DNA of 64,000 nt, taken from the NCBI GenBank assembly GCA_963662585.1, contig OY759729.1, positions 1,088,001 through 1,152,000 on the forward strand, written 5' to 3'. Positions within the stretch are counted from its first letter, which is position 1. Each line of letters begins with the position of its first letter. The position numbers and the translations under genes were made by a program. The DNA is from Candidatus Cloacimonadales bacterium (lineage in GTDB: Bacteria > Cloacimonadota > Cloacimonadia > Cloacimonadales > JAFGVF01). A model generated the notes under the pieces. The model made no database searches. It was not told the DNA's origin and saw nothing but the letters and a program-made list of their open reading frames with translations. Below are positions 58,797 through 64,000 of this stretch, piece after piece.

Positions 58797-59777
58797 TCCC
58801 TACATTAGTGAGATTTCTGAAATTAGTGGATAGATTTTTTTAACTTTTTTTAGTGTATGTCGCCCCTGCAGGGCTATCTTTTTGTAGTTACTTTAGGAGT
58901 GTCTTGCGAACACTCCCTATTATATGGCATCCCGCTGGGATTATCATTGTTTTACAATGAGGCGGACAAAATGTCCACCGTCCGACAGAAGAGGTCTTAT
59001 CACATTCTCTAAACTTGTCTAAAACTCTGTGAAAACTTCTTAAAACTCATCTTTACTCTGTGTTAAGGGACTTTTCAAAAAGCGTATGGCAATACGCCCC
59101 TACATTAGTGAGATTCGTGAAATTAGTGGATAGATTTTTTTAACTTTTTTTAGTGTATGTCGCCCCTGCAGGGCTATCTTTTTGTAGTTACTTTAGGAGT
59201 GTCTTGCGAACACTCCCTATTATATGGCATCCCGCTGGGATTTAAGAACTGGGGTTAGGGACCTTTAGTCCGAGAATCCATCAGGCTGTATTTCAGCCTG
59301 CTTTGATTTAATCCCCTTGGGATTGAAGATATATCATTTGCTACGCAATGATGCGGGCAAAATGTCCACAGTCCGACAGAAGAGGTCTTATCACATTCTC
59401 TAAACTTGTCTAAAACTCTGTGAAAACTTCTTAAAACTCATCTTTACTCTGTGTTAAGGGACTTTTCAAAAAGCGTATGGCAATACGCCCCTACATTAGT
59501 GAGATTCGTGAAATTAGTGGATAGATTTTTTTAACTTTTTTTAGTGTATGTCGCCCCTGCAGGGCTATCTTTTTGTAGTTACTTTAGGAGTGTCTTGCGA
59601 ACACTCCCTATTATATGGCATCCCGCTGGGATTTAAGAACTGGGGTTAGGGACCTTTAGTCCGTGAATCCATCAGGCTGTATTTCTGCCTGCTTTGATTT
59701 AATCCCCTTGGGATTGAAGATATATCATTGCCACGCAATGATGCGGGCTGGAAGCCCACATTCCCAGTTAAGATGCC
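58797..59777 (-). repeat. Mosaic of palindromic modules in three partially duplicated tandem blocks
   Basis: TACATTAGTGAGATT block recurs at 58801, 59101 and 59492 (offsets 300 and 391 bp). Confidence 0.92.
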
Positions 59778-59850
59778 TTCTCAATTCTCAATTCTCAATT
59801 CTCAATTCTCAATTCTCAATTCTCAATTCTCAATTCTCAATTCTCAATTC
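59778..59850 (-). repeat. Heptamer array (GAATTGA)x10
   Basis: (TTCTCAA)10 on the plus strand; supplies the TGA stop of the B3/4 gene. Confidence 0.95.
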
Positions 59851-60452
59851 CCTACCCTTTCTTCCATCAAATTCATCTGCTTATTTAGAAGCTCAGGATC
59901 ATAATCTTCTGGAGCAAAAATAATCATTAAGACACTCCTAGTATTCTCTGTCACAGCAGTTCTAACTGAGTCTGTCAAGGGTGAGCCAAAAGCTCCAGTT
60001 TCATCACAGATAACAAACTTATCCTGGAAATTCATTTCTCTTCCATTATGAGCTAAGTATTCATCATCTTGACTTCCTATTTTAACACTAACTTTTCCTT
60101 GAATTTTATCATAATCATAGACACAAATTGGGAGCAAAAATTCTAAAGAGCACCAATTCCCGATATCCACGATATTATTAATTTGATAAAGGTCTTTGCC
60201 ATTAACTGCTCTTCTTAAAAGAGCTTCTGAGGAAGGTCTTCGTCTTGTAGGGTCAATCCCAATTGCGCGAAAGAAAGAGCGAGCTAATTGAATGTTTGTT
60301 ATTTCACCTATGGGAGTATTCTTATATTTTTCTTGATACTCCCGAGCTAATTTCATCATTGAGTGATAAGCAAAAGAGTTATTACTGACTTTTACATCAG
60401 TAACAACTCTAGCTATAATTTTTATAGGTAAATTATTTGTTAAAATTTGCAT
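59844..60452 (-). CDS. Stand-alone B3/B4 (PheT-like tRNA-editing) domain protein
   Basis: GIDPTRRRPSSEALLRR, INNIVD..N..SL, YD.DKI, DSVRT. Confidence 0.9.
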   Translation of the reverse strand: MQILTNNLPIKIIARVVTDVKVSNNSFAYHSMMKLAREYQEKYKNTPIGEITNIQLARSFFRAIGIDPTRRRPSSEALLRRAVNGKDLYQINNIVDIGNWCSLEFLLPICVYDYDKIQGKVSVKIGSQDDEYLAHNGREMNFQDKFVICDETGAFGSPLTDSVRTAVTENTRSVLMIIFAPEDYDPELLNKQMNLMEERVGN

Positions 60453-60454
60453 AT

Positions 60455-61585
60455 TTAACTAAGATATTGGAATAAGATAAAGCCATAATGAGCTACAACT
60501 CCAGCTAAGAGTCCACCTATTGTGTGTGATAAGAGAGCTTTAGAAGTTAACCTACGATAACCTAAAGTATCTAACATAGCAGTGTGAGTACTAAGATAAC
60601 CACTCCAGCACATTCCCATGGCAGTGAATACAGCAATTTCATTTCCTTGAGCGATACCAGTTTCAATAAATTTTGGAACTAGAGAAAGTGCTCCACCTAC
60701 AGAACCGAGGGCTGTGATAGGGAAAGCAATAGCTTCAGCTTGGTGAAAACCAAAAAGGAATTGGAAAAACCAGCCAACTTTATTAGCTAAATATGGTATG
60801 ACAGGAACACCTTCATAAGCAGCACCAGAGTATATACCAGATGGGTCTTTAGCACTCAAAGTGAGAATCATCACTGCTGTAGAAATGATTAACACACCTG
60901 GAATCACAGCTAAGCCTAAATCAACTCCTGCTTTACCACCATCTAAAGTAGCATTTAAAAATCTCATAGAGAAATTACCTTTTGATTTAAAAGAAACATT
61001 CTCTTCTAAATCTGCTGGAACATCACGAGGGATATTATGAAATTCATTTTTAATCATCATCTGCATCAAACGGGTTGAAATTATAGAACCAATAATCGCT
61101 CCTACAAAACCAATCATAGCAGCAGCAAAAAAGCCTTTTCCAATCATGAAACTAATCACGATTAACCCCATTCCGAAGGATGTTCCAAAGTTAGTTAAGG
61201 AGATTAACTCATGCTTCTTAAAATAGGCATTGAAGTTTTTATCCTTTGCTAAAGAAATTATTGCTGGGTTATCAGAAAAGAAGGTCATAAGAGCACCTAA
61301 AGAAGCAACTCCTGGTAGATTAAAGATTGGACGCATCAAGGGAGCCAATACCCCTTCTAACAATCTAACTACACCAAATTCAATCATCAACTGTCCTAAA
61401 GCAGACGATAATACAGTAATCGCCATAATATAAAATACTGTGTTAAGTAGAAGATCATGAGCTGTATTCATAATAGACCCAAGTAGGTTATTCGCCCCCA
61501 TCTTGGCTCCAAGAAAGGTGAATATACTTAGAAATATTACTAAGAAAATGACACCTTCTACTTTTCTCTGGTTAAGATATTTCAC
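60455..61585 (-). CDS. CD0519/CD1768-like membrane protein (Gate-domain transporter-like)
   Basis: LMRPIFNLPG, SDNPAI, NFGTSFGMG, GMCWSGYLSTH; many TM helices. Confidence 0.75.
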   Translation of the reverse strand: MKYLNQRKVEGVIFLVIFLSIFTFLGAKMGANNLLGSIMNTAHDLLLNTVFYIMAITVLSSALGQLMIEFGVVRLLEGVLAPLMRPIFNLPGVASLGALMTFFSDNPAIISLAKDKNFNAYFKKHELISLTNFGTSFGMGLIVISFMIGKGFFAAAMIGFVGAIIGSIISTRLMQMMIKNEFHNIPRDVPADLEENVSFKSKGNFSMRFLNATLDGGKAGVDLGLAVIPGVLIISTAVMILTLSAKDPSGIYSGAAYEGVPVIPYLANKVGWFFQFLFGFHQAEAIAFPITALGSVGGALSLVPKFIETGIAQGNEIAVFTAMGMCWSGYLSTHTAMLDTLGYRRLTSKALLSHTIGGLLAGVVAHYGFILFQYLS

Positions 61586-61837
61586 TTAGCCTCCATTAGG
61601 ATATTTTTCTCTCAAAAAATAAATCGCTATTTTTGTGTCAATTAATTTATTCTAATCGCCTCTTTGAAAGACAAAAAGAGTCAATAATAAGGAGCAAATT
61701 ACCAAGTAATAAAGTACTTTAAAAGTCTATAATACTGCCTTATTTCCGACTTTTCTTAGCTTGCTTTATTTCTGGTTGGATTTATCTTAAAGTGGTTAAA
61801 AATGATAAATATCTGTCGAATTGTTTTGCTAAAATAT

Positions 61838-61858
61838 AGCCCCGCATGTAGCGGGGCT
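61838..61858 (-). terminator. Hairpin terminator
   Basis: AGCCCCGC-atgta-GCGGGGCT. Confidence 0.65.
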
Positions 61859-61872
61859 GATATCTGTATTAA

Positions 61873-61931
61873 GGAAATGCCAATAAGCCTTCCCAGTTAA
61901 GAAGCCTTCAGGATGAAGGTGCTCCCAGTTT
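61873..61931 (-). repeat. Two CTGGGA-type modules immediately after a stop codon
   Basis: Minus strand AACTGGGAGCACCTTCATCCTGAAGGC and AACTGGGAAGGC; similar to 2843-2869. Confidence 0.7.
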
Positions 61932-61933
61932 TT

Positions 61934-63256
61934 CTATTTCTGCAATATCATTTTCTTAACTGCTTGATATGAGTCTGTTTTTAGCTTGTAGAAGTAGCTT
62001 CCTGAAGCAACTTTTTTGCCTGAATTATCTCTACCATTCCAAACATATTGGTGTTGACCTGTCTCGAAGAACTTGGTAATAATAACTTGTCCTTTCAAAT
62101 TAAAGATAGAAAATTCTCCTCTTTCACCTTCTTTCACAAAGAATTCAAAAGTAGTTTCAGGATTGAAAGGATTAGGATAATTTTCTTTTAATTCACTTGT
62201 AGGGATTACTGGTTCAATATCTTCTGACTGACCACTAATTTTAACTGAAACTGGTCCGTATATTTCCACAAAACCATCTATTTCAGTAGATTGTAACCAA
62301 TAGTAATAATTTGTATTCATTTCAACTTCTTCATCAGTATAAGAGTATTGAGAACCTGTAGCACTATTAGTTGCTTGAATATAAGTAGGATTAATTCTGA
62401 TAGCAGTATTCATGTTTTCAAGCTCATTTCTATAGATATTATAGCCAATTAAATTACTCTCTGAGGCTGTAGTCCATTGAATGTTAGCAAAATTATTACT
62501 TGTTGTTATTGCTGAGAATGATGACAAGGTTACTGGTAAAGTAGCATCTGTAGCAGTAACAGAGAAATTATCAAAGTTCTGAATACGGGCCCAAGATTCG
62601 CCAAAATATGGATATATGGTTGTTCCCTCAGTAAATGCGTTATTTACAATAACGGTAGAATTAGTTCTAACAGCTGGCTCACTTATAACACCGTTTGCAT
62701 CAGAGTAATATATTGCATACTCACCATTAATTCTATTACCTGAAAGAGGAGTAATAGTCAATATAATCTTTAGCCATTGAATATTTAAATCCAAAGGGTC
62801 GCCGAACCCATCTTCATAGCTTCTTGTAGCGAACCAATAATCATCGTTAATAAAGGAATCTCCTGAACCATGATAACACATTCCATAGGCTGGATTACCT
62901 ATAATCTCACATGCAGGTTGAGCGGTATTTGAGCCAGCTGTAGAAAAACCAATAGTTCCATATCCTGAATCGTAAGTATTATTAAAATAAGCACTTACAG
63001 AGATAGGTTCATCTAAAACTACTTCAAAGCCAGTTTGGTAAGTACATATTCTAGCTTGAGTCCAGTTCAAAGCTGGTATATAAACCGATCCTGTGTTTTC
63101 AAGTCCAGAATTGCTTAAATTACTAACATCACTTGCTCCGGCAATATCAAAGTAAGTGTCCAAATCAGTTGGATTATTAAAATCCACTAATTGTGTTCCA
63201 GCTGTTAAACTAACTATGAGTAATAACATAAATAGAGCAATAACAACATTTTTCAT
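61934..63256 (-). CDS. Secreted protein with LPVTLSSF Ig-like module and FlgD-Ig C-terminal domain
   Basis: Signal peptide MKNVVIALF; LPVTLSSF..WTTASE.N..GYNIYR; NYPNPFNPET. Confidence 0.85.
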   Translation of the reverse strand: MKNVVIALFMLLLIVSLTAGTQLVDFNNPTDLDTYFDIAGASDVSNLSNSGLENTGSVYIPALNWTQARICTYQTGFEVVLDEPISVSAYFNNTYDSGYGTIGFSTAGSNTAQPACEIIGNPAYGMCYHGSGDSFINDDYWFATRSYEDGFGDPLDLNIQWLKIILTITPLSGNRINGEYAIYYSDANGVISEPAVRTNSTVIVNNAFTEGTTIYPYFGESWARIQNFDNFSVTATDATLPVTLSSFSAITTSNNFANIQWTTASESNLIGYNIYRNELENMNTAIRINPTYIQATNSATGSQYSYTDEEVEMNTNYYYWLQSTEIDGFVEIYGPVSVKISGQSEDIEPVIPTSELKENYPNPFNPETTFEFFVKEGERGEFSIFNLKGQVIITKFFETGQHQYVWNGRDNSGKKVASGSYFYKLKTDSYQAVKKMILQK

Positions 63257-63291
63257 CTTCTTTTCCCCCTTTTTTTCTTGCAAAGCAAGTC

Positions 63292-64000
63292 TTATTTCTG
63301 CAATATCATTTTCTTAACTGCTTGATATGAATCTGTTTTTAGCTTGTAGAAGTAGCTTCCTGAGGCAACTTTTCTTCCTGAATTATCAATACCATTCCAA
63401 ACATATTGGTGTTGACCTGTCTCGAAGAACTTGGTAATAATAACTTGTCCTTTCAAATTAAAGATAGAAAATTCTCCTCTTTCACCTTCTTTCACAAAGA
63501 ATTCAAAAGTAGTTTCAGGATTGAAAGGATTAGGATAATTTTCTTTTAATTCACTTGTAGGGATAACTGGTTCAATATCTTCTGACTGACCACTAATTCT
63601 AATTGATACTGGTCCGTATATTTCCACAAAACCATCTATTTCAGTAGATTGTAACCAATAGTAATAATTTGTATTCATTTCAACTTCTTCATCAGTATAA
63701 GAGTATTGAGAACCTGTAGCACTATTAGTTGCTTGAATGTAAGTAGGATTAATTCTGATAGCAGTATTCATGTTTTCAAGCTCATTTCTATAGATATTAT
63801 AGCCAATTAAATTACTCTCTGAGGCTGTAGTCCATTGAATATTAGCAAAGTTATTACTTGTTGTAATTGCAGTAAAAGAAGAGAGGGTAACAGGAAGTGT
63901 AACATTTTCAGGATAAGTAAATGAGAAATTATCAATGTTAGGCACTCTATGCCATGCTTCTCCGAAATAAGGGTAAATAGTAGAATTATAATATATAAAA
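63292..64000 (-). CDS. Paralogous secreted protein (5' end outside window)
   Basis: Frame is open to the window edge (FIYYNSTIYPYFGEAWHRVPN...); C-terminal ~200 aa nearly identical to the downstream gene. Confidence 0.85.
   Translation of the reverse strand, partial: FIYYNSTIYPYFGEAWHRVPNIDNFSFTYPENVTLPVTLSSFTAITTSNNFANIQWTTASESNLIGYNIYRNELENMNTAIRINPTYIQATNSATGSQYSYTDEEVEMNTNYYYWLQSTEIDGFVEIYGPVSIRISGQSEDIEPVIPTSELKENYPNPFNPETTFEFFVKEGERGEFSIFNLKGQVIITKFFETGQHQYVWNGIDNSGRKVASGSYFYKLKTDSYQAVKKMILQK

Noticed and set aside
59663..59923. 86-aa ORF with NSQFSIL repeats
   Set aside because: Antisense translation of the heptamer array and repeat modules.
61934..64000. Diversity-generating retroelement TR/VR pair
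   Set aside because: Both copies are coding, differences are few and not adenine-specific, and no reverse transcriptase is present in the window.
1..64000. tRNA, rRNA, prophage or integron
   Set aside because: No cloverleaf, rRNA-like tract, phage structural genes or integrase recognised by eye.

Overview
AT-rich bacterial chromosome segment, most likely an anaerobic diderm of the Candidatus Cloacimonadota type (inferred from several secreted proteins with NYPNPFNP/FlgD-Ig C-terminal domains, a gingipain-like C25 protein, a PorV-like barrel, tandem phosphate butyryltransferases and a KamC-like ATPase). From left to right it holds: an IS21 element whose right end abuts a decayed murB 3' fragment; a TetR-headed operon for a 12-subunit Mrp-Mbx/MBS-type ion-translocating oxidoreductase with two fusions (a double antiporter subunit and a 2[4Fe-4S] subunit joined to a GltD/NfnB-like flavoprotein) and no intact NiFe site; an ABC-ATPase/DUF4276 pair; a compact metK with a SAM-II-like leader; olsB/olsA-like acyltransferases; an ECF sigma operon with an unannotated 47-aa ORF; a fused double deoxynucleoside kinase; housekeeping genes (trxA, mnmE, yhbY, dxs, lspA, tdk, leuS); and large secreted proteins. 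Many intergenic regions are mosaics of short shared palindromic modules, heptamer arrays and 47-bp tandem arrays. These usually start at or near a stop codon and are co-oriented with that gene. No rRNA, tRNA or CRISPR array was recognised. All family assignments come from motif recognition by eye; no database search was run.
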